DNA of 64,000 nucleotides from Podarcis gaigeae. Its lineage: Eukaryota. The position numbers were made by a program, and so were the translations under genes. This document shows, in pieces, positions 1 through 12,706 of this stretch (the first letter of the stretch is position 1; each line of letters begins with the position of its first letter). The notes below the pieces were generated by a model. It ran no database searches. It was given only the letters and a program-made list of their open reading frames with translations, and was not told the origin of the DNA. The stretch lies in assembly GCA_964106915.2 (NCBI GenBank), contig OZ066916.1. One strand, given 5' to 3'.

Positions 1-93
1 ATTGTCACAGTTTAAACACAAAACTACAAAATATTGCTGTGTAGTCGCTTCATGAATTAATTTTCTACGAGGAAAGCAGTTGTGCACTGGAGC

Positions 94-484
94 CAGTGTT
101 CGAAACTCCCATTGTTCTAGGCACATTTTGCGACAGGGAATTTCATTAGTGTGAGCAGTTTCTGAGCTCTGGGCGCAGTATTGCGCCTGATTTCAGATTA
201 AAACCACAGAGTGGAAGGAAAGGAGGACCTTTTTCTGCCTCCCCACTTCCAGCCACTCTCTGAAGACTGGAGAAGAGACCCTCTTAATAATATTAGGGGG
301 GTGATCAAGGGAGGGACTAGACCATGTGTAAAATGAACATAATATTTTAGCTGCAGTTCATTCATTTTCAGCTTTGCATTCTTGTTAGTAAAGAAGCACG
401 CCTATACATTCCATTGTTGCGCCTGTAACCTAGGTTTAAGGTGCTATTTAGCTCCTAGCTTTCATATCTCAGTTTCTAACACTG
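94..484 (+). mobile_element. Non-autonomous hAT element, family A copy 1
   Basis: 14-bp TIR CAGTGTTCGAAACT / AGTTTCTAACACTG (1 mismatch); 8-bp TSD ACTGGAGC (86-93) vs ACTGGAGG (485-492); homologous to 25157-25584. Confidence 0.85.
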
Positions 485-1537
485 ACTGGAGGGGAAATTA
501 GTTAGCAGAATTTTGTGTTTAATCCTCTTCCTGGTCTCAGCAATTCCCTAATGCCATAGGGTTTCCAGCAAGCAAGGTCATTACACTGAAGATCCAATCA
601 AGGTGCATGTGATCTCTGACCAAAATACACTGAAAATTACCAGTAGAAAATGAAGATAAACTGTTTCTAGGAAGTTTCAGACTTTGCTTTGTTTGATGGT
701 TTTTGATAAGTCCTCAGCAAGATTGTTTTGTCTCTGAGGTGACAAAAAGCCGCCCATTTACATGTCCTTTTAGGGCTGTAGCACAAATGTTTCCATCACT
801 GAGGTTTAAAGTTACATAGAATTGGTTCAGGAAAGTGTATGTCACATAGACAATGTGGCTAAATGAAAGAGTTGTTTTATTCATCATATCATTTTTTGTC
901 ATTTCTTCTTTGTTTTTGTAGAATGTACTAAATTCGTTTTTCAAATGTTGACTAAAACACTCAACTATTCTGTGAACTAAGAAGCAGATGATTCTGTGGT
1001 GTTTGCTTCCCCCCACCTTCCCAGCTGCAAATATAATTTCCAGCAGCCACTGGACTTGCAATCCTGAGAGCCCATTTAAGGACATGCAAAGACTTGTGAA
1101 CCTTCTGTGGGCATTTTAACTCATTGTTTTCTTTTTAACAGCAGCTCCCCAGGCTCCTATGAGTTCCAAAAGCATTTTGTCTAATAGTTTGAGTGTCTGC
1201 TGTTCGGTGGTAGGTGTGGGAATTCAGAGTCTCACTGTGTGTACCCTAACTTTAGAAACCATTGCTTTTTTAAGTTTAGCTGAGAAATGAAAGACACTTC
1301 AGTTATTCCTTTAAAAAGAAAGAAAGATATATTCAAATCGTTTCCCATAGTTTCTTTTCTGCCTCTTGGCATTTACCTTTCAAAGTTTTTTCTGAGTTTT
1401 CCCAAATAGATCTTTCAGTATTAAACACCTTTACTTGAAAGGCAGTGAGGGAACCGCCAGAAGACCCTTGGAGGTAACTAACCACAGATTGTCTAGGTTT
1501 GGAAATAATGACAAATTACAGTTACCTGAAAATGGAG

Positions 1538-1539
<2 letters not shown>

Positions 1540-1574
<35 letters not shown>

Positions 1575-1880
1575 TATTATTATTTATTTCTTGTACTCTG
1601 CTCATTTGACTCAGTTGCCCCAGCCACTCTGTGCAGCTTCCAACAGAATGTAAAAGAACACAACAAAACATCAGGCATTAAAAGCTTCCTGATACAGGGT
1701 TGCCTTCACATGTCTGTGGAGAGTCGTATAATTGTTTTTGACATCTAAAGGGAGGGTGTTCTATAGGATGGGTGCCCCTACCAGGAAGGCCCTCTGCCTG
1801 GTTCCCTGTAACTTCACTTCTTGCAATGAGGAAACTGCCAGAAGGCCCTTGGAGCTGAATGGGCTGAACGATGAGGGTTG
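1540..1880 (-). mobile_element. L2-type LINE 3' fragment with (TAA/ATT)n tail
   Basis: Minus strand reads tgttggaagctgcacagagtggctggggcaactgagtcaaatgagcag...aaataaataataat, resembling squamate L2 3' ends; adjacent (AAT)n run; boundaries approximate. Confidence 0.55.
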
Positions 1881-1972
1881 AGATGCACATTATGCTAAAT
1901 TTCCAAGGACAGAACCCACTGCAGCCCTCCAAATGTTGTTGGAGTACAGCTTCCATCAGCCTTGATCATTGG

Positions 1973-2366
1973 CAGGGGCGTCTTACCCATAGAGGCTAAA
2001 GGTACAGGGCGCCAAGTTCTGGAGGGCGCCAGGGAAGAGGAGGAGGCTGGACACGGCACCTCCCAGCATCAGCTCACTGCCCCCTCCTACCTCCGCCATA
2101 TCGCACCAAAGCAGCGCCACGCGCGGAGCCTCCGTCTGCCGTGGCCACCACAGCACGAAGCGGCCAGCTGAGCCGGGAGGTGTTGCGGCCAGCCTCTGCC
2201 TCTTCCCCGTCGGAGGAGCCACCTTCTAATCGCTGCTTGCCTCCTCCTGCCCCGCCAGCAGTACCGTCCTCCCTAAAAAAAGTGGACAACTCTGGGAAAC
2301 GGGGGGGGGGGGGAGCGCTGGAGGGAGCATTGCACCACGGCGCCAGATATGCTTAAAATGGCCCTG
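1973..2366. mobile_element. GC-rich non-autonomous hAT element nested in an older MITE
   Basis: Perfect 8-bp TSD ATCATTGG (1965-1972, 2367-2374); imperfect TIRs CAGGGGCGTCTTA / TAAAATGGCCCTG; flanks rejoin into a MITE similar to 14248-14382. Confidence 0.85.
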
Positions 2367-5291
2367 ATCATTGGCCATGTTGGTTGGAGCTGATGGGAAA
2401 TGGAGTCCGACTCGTATCAAAATTCCCATTTTCTCTGCTAAATTGTCATTTCCCATTCTATGGGAAAATAGTAAAGGGTCCTATAAGTAGGCCAATCTAT
2501 AGCATGTTACTCAGAACTAAGTCCCCTTGAATTCAGTGGGCTTAAGACAGTAAGCTTAAGACTGAACACTAGTGTGTTTGTGGAAAAGGTAAAATTTGAA
2601 CTCTCGGGTACCAACTACACCAGCTACCCAGTTAAAGTAATGATGCTTAAATTTTCCACTCTAAAGTTTATAAATATTTTTTACCTGAAATTTTGCTGAT
2701 TAGAAATAAAATGAGGAAAACCTTTACTTCATTTTATTTGTGCTTTCTGTATGAACACAAATTATACAAGCGTTTTTTGGGAGAAATTATGTGTTGGCAA
2801 AATGTGCTGCTTTTCGTGGGGTTTTTCCTCCTCCATTTGTTACCTGCAAAACTGTTAATTTTCCAAGAAAATTAAAGACAAAGATGCAACAGAAACATAG
2901 CATTGGCTCACCAATCTTCCTTACTCAGCAAGAGACAGCTAGATTGCATCTGTTTGGCCTTTGCTGACTACTGGTTTCAGAGAGCCCAGATCACATAAAT
3001 CTGGTGTTTCTGTCTTCATCACCTATTATATGGGTGATGGCCAGCATTGGTTGTCAGCAAAATAATGCCATTTAAAGTAGGCCTGGATATACAAAACTGA
3101 TTGTTAGCACCTCTCTTTTGAGTAAGCTTTTTTCAATTTTTAAAATTTTCATAGAAGCACAAGTAGGAATGAATGTTGTTTAAGTGATTTCAGTGTAAAT
3201 AATTGTGGAGATTGCTGTTCACAGAGCCTGATGTGAAACTTCTTTGAAATGTGCTAATTCATCAGACCTTGCTCTCTTGTCAGTCTGCATTTTATCAGCA
3301 TCGCTGCTTGTATGTAGGGGGAGACAAAAAGAATGGATTGCCACTGTGGCTTTTAAAACACATCAGCCAGGACAGATGAATACCTATTGTTAGGTGTTGT
3401 AGTGTCCATATTTCTTTTGGTTCAGTGCTGTTTCTCCTCGCAACAGGATGCAGAGGTCATATTGCAAGTTGAAAGGTCTAATTATGGCTGACCACAATTA
3501 CGTCACTTTGGATATAATCTTAGTAGAAAAGGTAGCTGAAGCACGTTACAAATAAAGACAATGAATTAAGAAGGTATTGGAATAAATTTAGATTTAACAT
3601 AGATGTATCTGTATAGTGCTAGATTACAATGTTTCAGAAAGATGGTTTAATTTATTTGAGGAAGTGCAGTGGCAACTGATACAATATTCTACTCTGTTCT
3701 CGAGATTTTACTTCTGAGTGTGAAAATGCCTTTTGAGAAACCATAGTGAATCCTATCAGAGTATTGTGAGTACTTTGTTTTATTTGCAACCACCATGTCA
3801 AAAGCTAGGGTAGCATGTTTCTTTCTCAGTTTTGGGGTAATTGGGTTGGTTTAAGGACAGCCCTGCTCTTAAGAATTTAATTATTGGCTTGATGCCTTGG
3901 TCCTAAAATGCATCAAAAAAAGCATTCTCTCCAACAGCAGGTGACCATTTTTTCTCCACCCACCCAGTCCCTCCCAGAATCAGAAGATTTGGGTGGCTGT
4001 TAAGTTTGGGGATTGACTTACATCCTGAACTAAGTCAATGGTTGATGCCTTTGGTTGTAAGATAATATGATTGCTCAAAGTAAATTAACCAGTGAACAGA
4101 TGCCAGATTAATTTTTGTTACTACTTCTGACTCTGCTCTCTATTTCTTTTTGGGGTGTGCGTGTGAGAGAGCTTGGAAGGGGTGGCCTAGAGCAAAAAAA
4201 AATATTAAATGGACTTTGGTTTGTATGTTTTGTTAGGTATGCCAAATGCTTGGCAAAGCATTATATCAAACATTATTGCAGATTGGAAGACCGCAGGATA
4301 CAGAGAGGTAGTTATATAACTGATAAGGATCCTCCTTCCTGGACAGCAATCGATAATTCTTAGAATACTGAATATGTGACATACATTAATTTTGCCAGCC
4401 AAAATTACTTCTTCTTTTTTAAAAAAGTTTTTCTTGGCCCACTCAGGAAATATATATGGTAGAGCATTCTACTATTTTAACCCTATTATAAACAGATACA
4501 TCTGTTTATCTGTTTTTACTAGAGAGCCTGGCTGTGCAATCCCATACATGTCCACTTAGAAGTAAGCTCTATTGAGCTCAGTGGGGCTTCCTCCAAGGGA
4601 TTACTGTACATAAGATAACCCCCCCCCCTTTTAGACTCAGTGGTATTTCCCCCCAAGTTATCTGCTATTAGATTGCATTTAAAGTATCAAGGATGTGTGT
4701 GTGCATTCTTATGCACTGGATAACCCCAACACACTTCAGTCATGATGTTCTCTACAAAGCCAATATTTTTTAGGTGGGTGGGGCAACAGCGATTAATAAC
4801 TTTCTTTGTCATTTCTAGCAGATGACAGAGAAGGCATGCCAACCTGCCTGTTTTTTAAGAACCTGTGGTGCTTGTACCTATTCTTTGTCTAGGATATAGC
4901 CATTGTTTTTAGCTGTTGTTATATATGGGAAATTTAAAAATTGTTTGTATATGTTGAATTGTTTTATTGTTTTTGTTTTTACTATAAAATTGCTTCAGCC
5001 TATTTTATGGGATATTCATGACTGACTGAATGAATTGGGGTCCATGGCAAGGGGATTCACGGAAGGCTTTTCTCTGTAGCAACTCCATGCCCATAGCATG
5101 ACCACCCCTCTAAGGTGTGTCTCTCTTCAACTGTTTTCTTTTTGCCCGGAGGTGAAAATGCACCTCTGTCCAGGCCTTCAGGGTGGGGTGTATTAAGTAC
5201 CAAGAATGCCTGCTTTGTTGTTTTACTGTGTTGTGATTTTACGATGAACTATACTGATGATGAAATACTTTGTTTTAGCTTTTTATTGTTA

Positions 5292-5438
5292 CATTTGTTA
5301 GCAACTGAGATATGAAAGCTGGGAGCGAAATGGCACCTTAAACCTAGGTTATAGGCACAACAACAGAATGCCTAGGCGTGCTTTTTTAATAACAAGAATG
5401 CAAAGCTGAAAATGAATAAACTGCAGCTAAAATATTAT
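5292..5438 (-). mobile_element. hAT family A partial copy (one end only, inverted)
   Basis: Reverse complement of the 3' ~145 nt of elements 94-484 and 25157-25584 (aactgagatatgaaagct...aacctaggtta...ctgcagctaaaatatt). Confidence 0.8.
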
Positions 5439-6239
5439 ATTATGTATTCTCTAACCTCCTGGGACCTTCAGGTGAAGGGTGAATTATAAATGACATAAAC
5501 AAATGAACAAACATATTCTGGAATGCTTTGACTTTGGCAGACAACACAGTGTGAAACTGAATATATAAAAAAATCTATGTCCCCTTTCACCCAGATGCTT
5601 TTATCTAACAGATAATACCAACTTAAGTCTTTGTTCTCCCACCCAATATTTGCTGCTGCTAACAGCTTCAGCAGACCAAAGAGCAAGGCTAGAAAGGAGC
5701 GTGATGTGTCTGAATTTATATCAGGGGACATACCTCATGCTGAGAGAAAGAAACTTTGTCTTCTGCTGTTGCCTTTGAATCAGGTTAGTACTTGGGGATG
5801 GGAGGGAGTGGGACTGGATGCCAGAGAAGAGGCAGTCTTTGTTTTTCTTCCTAGGCTGTATTTGTTGGAGGACTATACTGTAGTTTGCAGGAAGCTAGCA
5901 TTATATTGGCACTAGAGCTGTAAACTTCAGATACTAAGAGAAAACTAACACCATACATGCAGTAGGTCTGTGCATGTTTTCTTAAAGTAACCCCTGTTTT
6001 CACTGGTATTTACTGTCACTTAGTAGGTTTGCATAAGATGACAGCCTCAGCTTAATAGGTGATCCCCAGCTGCAGAAGGAATAGGCAAGAAAGGGGCAGG
6101 AAGGAAACAGGACAATGAGAGAAAGCAAAGTGAAGTTGAAAACAAAATTGATAGTCTGCCCCCAGGACTCTTGCTACTGTAATGTGGAAGCACAAGCACA
6201 GTGCTACTCAAATTTCCTAACACTATTAAAATAATGATA

Positions 6240-6730
6240 AAAGCAGAAGAAATTCATGAAGGGATGAGTTGCAAAACTAGAATAAAGAAAGTAGCATTCT
6301 AAAGGCAAGTGCAGCACTTGGGTTTCAGTGAACACAAAATGCTATGCTGATTTCCATCTACAAGATTTGAGATGACAGAAAGGGTTAGTCAAAAAATGGA
6401 GCATTCAGCAGTGTTGTTGAAACAGAAGACGTGCAAGGAAAGCAGATCCATTTACCAACAAGCAAGCAAGGCCATGCAGTGTTTTAACATTTTTATAGCA
6501 GATATCTTGCAAAGCCACCAGAGAGTTTTAGAGTGGGAGTGATTAACTTGAGATAACTCCACATATTTTGGTATCCCAACTAGTCATAGCGTCTGAATTC
6601 TATGCAAAGAATTCAAGGCTTTGTCAGAGATGCAGGTAGCAAATGAATTACAAGACTTTGTCCTTGGAGTTATAAAACACACACTATCGTGTTTTCACAA
6701 GCTAGCAGTATCTCATGGATGACAAAAGAA
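6240..6730 (+). pseudogene. Decayed hAT (ZBED-like) transposase fragment
   Basis: Manual translation RQVQHLGFSEHKMLC*FPSTRFEMTERV...SAVLL...IADILQ/KATREF*SGSD*LEITPHIL resembles the hAT segment LGLPxHKLIQDVxTRWNSTxxMLER...ILxPFxxATxxxSG; stops and frameshifts present. Confidence 0.45.
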
Positions 6731-8221
6731 TACGGCTGATAACAGGAAAACCCAAATAATGAGGCTTGGAATGTGAAATCAGTTTAATTATGTTAAATGA
6801 ATTTTTATGACTGCAGTATTTCCTCCAAAATAATTTAATTCAGATTCTTGTGATGTAGGCATGATCTTTTGGGAGAGGTCTGGTTGGGTGGGTAGGAGGT
6901 GCTCAAATTGCCTGAATTGCTCTGGTGTCTTGACTTTATGCAGATGAATGCCATTGAAATGGGGACCTTTTAAGCCTATGCAGATCTGTGCGAGGATCAT
7001 ACCATTTTTCTTTCTTTTTTGCTACTACTTTTGAAATTTCTAAGCTTAAAATATTTGCTTATACATTAAAGAAGCATACTTTGACTATCTACAATTTCTG
7101 AAATAACGGGGGTTAGAAAAATGGAAAGTAGCCATTCTGAAACTGAGTGGATTTTCTAGTCTGTGTAGGTGAATGTCAGTGAATCTTTGTGAATGTCAGT
7201 GTGGCAGAGACCTGAAGCTAGCATGCCTGTTACTTTTAAGATTCCCATACCCTTGGCTAGAATAGTTAGAAGCCCTCTGTGCCAACTCCCTTTTAACATG
7301 TGGCGGACAGGGGATTTTCACCTTATTGATGGCTAACTAGGAAATTGTGTTTTTCTTCCTGTGGTTTGCACTTGTTTCCAGTCAGCTCACCACTTATGAC
7401 CTTACTGATTCAGGTAGCATAAAACAAAACAAAAAATCTATGCTTTAATAAACTTAATTAATTTGAAATGTGAGAGTTGACTGGGTACTATTTTATTCAG
7501 GGGATATAGTTTCCTTCATGCTGCCCAAATAACGTGAGATACACTAATGTAAGTTAATGGGAAGTTTGAGATGAAGATGAGTTGATGCTTGACCTGTACA
7601 GACTGCAAACGTAGCTGACAGTCCTCTATTCCTGGGTCAGTAAGATACTTATGAATAAAAGTTTCATGTTACCAAAGGTGCTTGGGTGTCATTGTCATTT
7701 GTTATCCTACAGGTAGGATTCATGTCTGTTGCAATGTGCCAAATCAGAAAAAAGTTAAAACACATCTGCAGGCATTTACTATTAGGAAAGAGCATGCAGT
7801 TAATTATATAGGAGGAAGTTAGGATGTTTTGCATTCTAACACAAGTTATAGTCCTATGAGTTATAAAGCACCTTTTCTTGTCCAGCATGCCTCCACCCCA
7901 CAAAATGTAGGTAACTGTTCTGAAATCTATTGTTCCTCAAAACTGTTCCCAATAGTAGGTAACTACTATTGTCTTTTTCAATTCTGACATGTTCAGCCTC
8001 AAAAGATAACAAGATCAATGTGACTTCACTCTGGTAGGAGGGAGGGATGATACCCTACTGAGATCACAGAGGCTTTATCTATGTGTGGTGGCTATTGTAG
8101 GCCAGAAAGAATTCTTTATTTTTTGCTACAGCAAAACTCTGTGGGGAAAATACCTTTGAGAAGCTGTGAAGTAGTGATAAGCTATGTAGCAGAATACAGA
8201 TTATCTCCAGTTATTTGATTA

Positions 8222-8400
8222 CAGTAAGACCGCAATTTGTGTGCATTGAACTTGTGCGCATTCAGCTTTATGTGCTTGGCAATATTAAAAAAAAATCAGA
8301 AAGGGGGCAGTTGTCTGGGTAAAAAGATTTTGGCAATCCCACCCATCATTGAACCCAGTGTGTCTGGGCTATACTCAGTTTGGGCTTTAGGCACAATCCT
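8222..8400 (-). mobile_element. Tigger-like (Tc1/mariner) MITE family B, partial inverted copy
   Basis: TA + CAGTAAGACCGCAATT terminus; reverse complement of the 3' part of 57484-57697. Confidence 0.65.
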
Positions 8401-10112
8401 CACTTTTTTCTGCTGTTGTTTTTATTGAAAAAGAAGCTGCGCTAGCACTGACTGCTAAGCCAAAGTGTGTGGCTTATTTAAACCAACGTCCAGTCTTATG
8501 ACACCCACCCACCCACACTAACAGAGCCACACACCTCAATAGAATAGACTACAACTCTGAGCAGGCCCAGCCAGCATGGCCAATGGTTGAGAATGATGGG
8601 GAACTTCAGTCCAAAACATCTGGAGGGTTCCCCGTTGGCTGCCCTGGTTTAAAGAAGACATACACGTTAATCACATTTAAACAAACCTCACACGTTGGCT
8701 ATGGGCGAATGTGGCCAGTAGTGGAGAGAGAGAATATAATGACAATCCCTCCCTGTAAGCTCATATTCTAATAGATGGGAAAATGAGGAAATAGGGAGAC
8801 TTCATTTTTATATTTCACTGAAATATAAAATGACTTATTTACTGCCCAGTTCTTCCAGGACAAAATCAGTTTCACAGCTCCTCTTAAACTCACATTTTAA
8901 AGACATTTGTTTCTTTCTGTCATTATGGTTGATCTTCAGGGAAAAAATCACAGTCCCAACAGCTGGATGACAAGACTGTCTAGTTGTAAAAGTTGCTAAT
9001 TGCACGTTTTGAAGCATTTGCTTTTTTAATTTATACCTGCAGACTTGCTTGTAGGCATGAGTTGTCATTTTGGTACAGCTACCGCTGCTAAATTTTGTAA
9101 ACAAAGATTAACCATTTTGTGTGTTGTTGTTATTCTTCATTCTTTGCTTCAAGCCATTAACAGTTCACCAACAGGAATGCATGTAGTAGGCTTATATATA
9201 TCTCCCCCATGCAGCATTGCAGTGTTAAGTCTGATTTAGGTAACTCTGAAGATGCAGCTCTCAGAAATTCTAGACATTGCAGAGAACAGTAGATAGTGCT
9301 GTCAGCTCCAGGATTTAGAGCGATGACTTCTGTTCTCCTAAACCAATAAATATATTTTTGTTGTTGTTCCTATGGAAAATGTATGCTTCTTTTTAGAAAG
9401 GGCTCCCAAGAGCATCTAACAAATCATAAAATGAAATGAAAACACTATGATATATAAATATAATAGCAATCATGAAAGAAAGAAATGCAAATTTTGGGAA
9501 GTATCATTGTCAAAGTCAAAATAGATACATGGTAATGCTGTGGGAGAGAAATAGTGCTGATACTCCCATGGGTGCAAAACTATGGGTACTGCTGAGAGTG
9601 AAAAGTAAAGTTACTTTGGTCTACAACTGCCATCCTCCTTGAGCATTGACTATGCTGCCTGGGGCAAATTGAACAACATATTGAGAGCCACAGTTTACCC
9701 ATTTGTGGTCTGAAAGTTATTAAGAGATCTGCACTTGGCAACGCTGAATACAGGTTCAAAATTAAGAGCATCTAACAAACTCCTCCTTTAAGCACCATCC
9801 AAAGTGGATGCCAGATTTTTGTGTACACACTAAGCTGGGCCTTTTTAGTGGTAGCCACAGAGCTCTGGCATGCCCCTCCTGTGGCTTTTTAATTTCAGTC
9901 CTGTGTTGATGTACTTTCACAGGGAGTGATTAATTGTCTTGTTGTGTTCTACAATACTGTGTTGTACACCACTTTTGGTGTGGGTGTACAGATAGAAAAT
10001 AAATAATAAATACAGTGAAGTTACAGATAGGTAGCCGTGTTGGTCTGCCATAGTCAAAACAAAAAAAAAATCCTTCCAGTAGCACCTTAAAGACCAACTA
10101 AGTCAGTTCTTG

Positions 10113-10150
10113 GTATGAGCTTTCGTGTGCATGCACACTTCTTCAGATAC
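10113..10150 (-). ncRNA. Minimal type I hammerhead ribozyme motif (- strand)
   Basis: Reverse complement reads GUAU-CUGAAGA-A-GUGUGCAUGCACAC-GAAA-GC-UC-AUAC with 4-bp stem I GUAU/AUAC. Confidence 0.7.
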
Positions 10151-10153
10151 GAA

Positions 10154-10189
10154 TATCTGAAGAAGTGTGCATGCACACGAAAGCTCATA
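10154..10189 (+). ncRNA. Minimal type I hammerhead ribozyme motif (+ strand)
   Basis: UAU-CUGAAGA-A-GUGUGC-AU-GCACAC-GAAA-GC-UC-AUA: core CUGANGA/GAAA/UH, 6-bp stem II, palindromic AGCU stem III, 3-bp stem I. Confidence 0.7.
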
Positions 10190-11987
10190 CCAAGAACTGA
10201 CTTAGTTGGTCTTTAAGGTGCTACTGGAAGGAATTTTTTTTGTTTTAAATACAGTGAACTGTTTCAATAAGTGTGGGTAGTAATCAGTGGCGTACAGTGA
10301 AATTTTTCATAGGGAACCAGTTAGGACCAGAGGCGCTAGCTTGTGGGGGGGGGGTCGAAGGCATGCCTGTGAAGTCCTGACATTGCACATGAGCATCGTG
10401 CCTCCTTCCCTAAGCTGGGCAGAAGCTTCCCGGGTTTGGGAAGGAAGGCACCAGGGAAACATTTAGGAGACTAGCCGAGTCCTCTTAGTCCAATAACCTC
10501 ATACGGGTGGTAGTAATGTGAGAGTCAGCACTGGAATGTATTCTCATCTCTCCACTTAGCTGCTTAAGTGTGTTCTCAGCTTTTGCTACTTAGTAATCCT
10601 TAGTAGAGGAAATAAGGAAAGCACACATAGTAGTAGAACAGTGTAGGAAGAAACTGGAATAGTCCATTCCACTTGATGTTTAATCCTTATGGCAATTGGC
10701 AGTAATTTGTATTTCCTCCTCTTCTAGGAATAATTGAGGAATAATAGAAAATTCCTATCATTCTACATCACCTTCTTTTGGTCATGTTTCTTTCCAAGAA
10801 CTGTGATATGCTTTTCTCTCTTCTTTTGCTTTTTTAGAAAAAAACCCACTTAGGGATTCTATACAAGATTGTACATGAATCTTTCAGAGAAATTTCCCTC
10901 CAAGGTTTCTCTCTCTCCAAAAAACAGTGTTTATATAGGCCACCCAATAACATCTCTGAATGACTCACTAAAATGCAATATTAAAACACAACAACAACAA
11001 CAACAATTGGTTAGAGAAAACTAGTTTCAAATCATGGCAGAAAATATTTAACATGTATGTAGCAAATTCCAATTCAGAACTTAAAAATCGTAGGTCTTAA
11101 AAAACTTCCCATGTAACTGAAGTAACTATAAAGACGCTGTCAGGTGAGTCTGAGAAGGGTATTTCACAACTGGGGTGCTATCACTTTGCCTGGTAGTCAT
11201 CCTTCTCATTTCACTTGGCTCAAGTAAGGCTTTTAAAGGGGGTTTTGGAATAGAGAATTAGCACACAAAAGATGCTCATTAATGCTCTGGTTCTCATACT
11301 CAAGTTTTTAAGTGGCAAACAGCTTCCCTGAACACAAGAAATGTTTTTCTCTCTGGAAACACCCAAGTGTGATCAGCTGGAGTGCTTGTTTAAAATATAT
11401 TCTGGATACCAGTGTTCTAAACAATTTGTTGATTTTATCTGTCCACATTGTTAAACAATTAGAATTGTTTGTTGAGATGTGAGAGCAAAGCATTTTGTTC
11501 ATTGTTTTCCCCTTGACCTTCTTGTTGTTTCTTTTGGTCAGGGATTATTATTTTTAATCTGTTTCCCCAAACACACCAAGTGGATTTAAATCAACCAGTG
11601 GTAGAGCTCAGAGTAACTCAGCAGGCTGGAGGGGAATGAGGAATGTTTAAAAGAATAAGGCAAATAGGAGCATGCTAAAGTGTTGTCAAAGAGCTGAGCT
11701 ATGATGTTGCACAAGCAAATGTTGGTTGTCTATGGGGTGAAAAGGTTGTGTCTGATTCAGTCCTATAGGTCTGAGTTAGGCTGTCTGAAATCTCCTCTTC
11801 TCTTCTTGGATGCCTTTATAAGTCAGTAAAAAGCCTTAGTAAGAAGAACTTTTCATTCCAGAGAAATCTTGTTTTTGTCCTAGTGGTGACAACAAATGTT
11901 CATTTTTGAAAAAAATAATAATAAAAACATAGCCACACAGTTTGGAGTCTTGTGGGGAGCATAAAAAAACTTGGGGGCAGATCTAAG

Positions 11988-12128
11988 CAGTGCTATTTTT
12001 CCAGGAAAAAGATATGCTGGAACTCATCATGAACAGATCCTTTGTTCTCTTATACAGAAATGGCAATGTTGCCCACCTGAGAGGTGCCGGAAGTCAGTTC
12101 TGGCGAGTTCTGGCTGAAAAAAGCTCTG
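11988..12128. mobile_element. Short hAT MITE
   Basis: Termini CAGTGCTATTTTTC / GAAAAAAGCTCTG; degenerate 8-bp TSD GATCTAAG vs GCTCTAGG. Confidence 0.6.
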
Positions 12129-12539
12129 GCTCTAGGTCACATGCTAGCCCAAGTTTATGGAAGCTATTGAGAACTAGCTGCATTTGTGTGTGTGGTGGGC
12201 AAACTTTCAATTAGGACAAAGCTCAAACTCTTCAGACACTTACTTTACATGCAGTTTTATTCCACAGTATTGCTTCTTGGCTGGAATCTCATACTGAGTT
12301 TATTGTTTGGCCTATTTTTTTTATTTTTACCACAGAAACTCAGATTCCTATTTATTTTATTTTACCAGATTTATTTATTTTTCATGAAATAATACAAAGT
12401 ATTCCATTCATCCTACCAGTCTCCCTAGAATTGATGCGCTACTTTACTCTTTTAAGTGCTAAGAATGAATATCTTTATTCCTGGGCCACCCAATGAGTCC
12501 TTAACTTTCCTGTCTTATCAGGCATAGCACCCCATATAT

Positions 12540-12706
12540 CAGGGGTGCCCAAACTTTTTTTCAAAGAGGGCCAGATTTGATGAAGTGAGCATGTATGAGG
12601 CCAACCAAAGTTGTTGAGCTTTTTTTTAGGATTTTACCCCAGGACATATACTGCCACGGGGGTCGGATTAGGATTAGGCCCCCGAAACGGACTTAGGACA
12701 TACCTG
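12540..12706. mobile_element. Short hAT MITE
   Basis: Perfect 8-bp TSD CCATATAT (12532-12539, 12707-12714); TIRs CAGGGGTGCCCAAA / TTAGGACATACCTG. Confidence 0.85.

Larger units (their letters stand above)
10020..10245. mobile_element. Penelope-like retroelement terminal fragment in inverted (fold-back) arrangement
   Basis: 13-bp direct flanking duplication TAAATACAGTGAA (10007-10019, 10246-10258); perfect 79-bp inverted arms 10071-10149 / 10154-10232; each arm carries a hammerhead core, a known feature of Penelope-like LTRs. Confidence 0.75.

Noticed and set aside
714-1085. 123-aa minus-strand ORF and other short ORF-track entries
   Set aside because: No recognisable domains or splice context; lengths are as expected by chance in intronic DNA
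1962-2356. GC-rich ORFs and apparent CpG-island promoter
   Set aside because: The GC-rich part lies within a TSD-flanked hAT element
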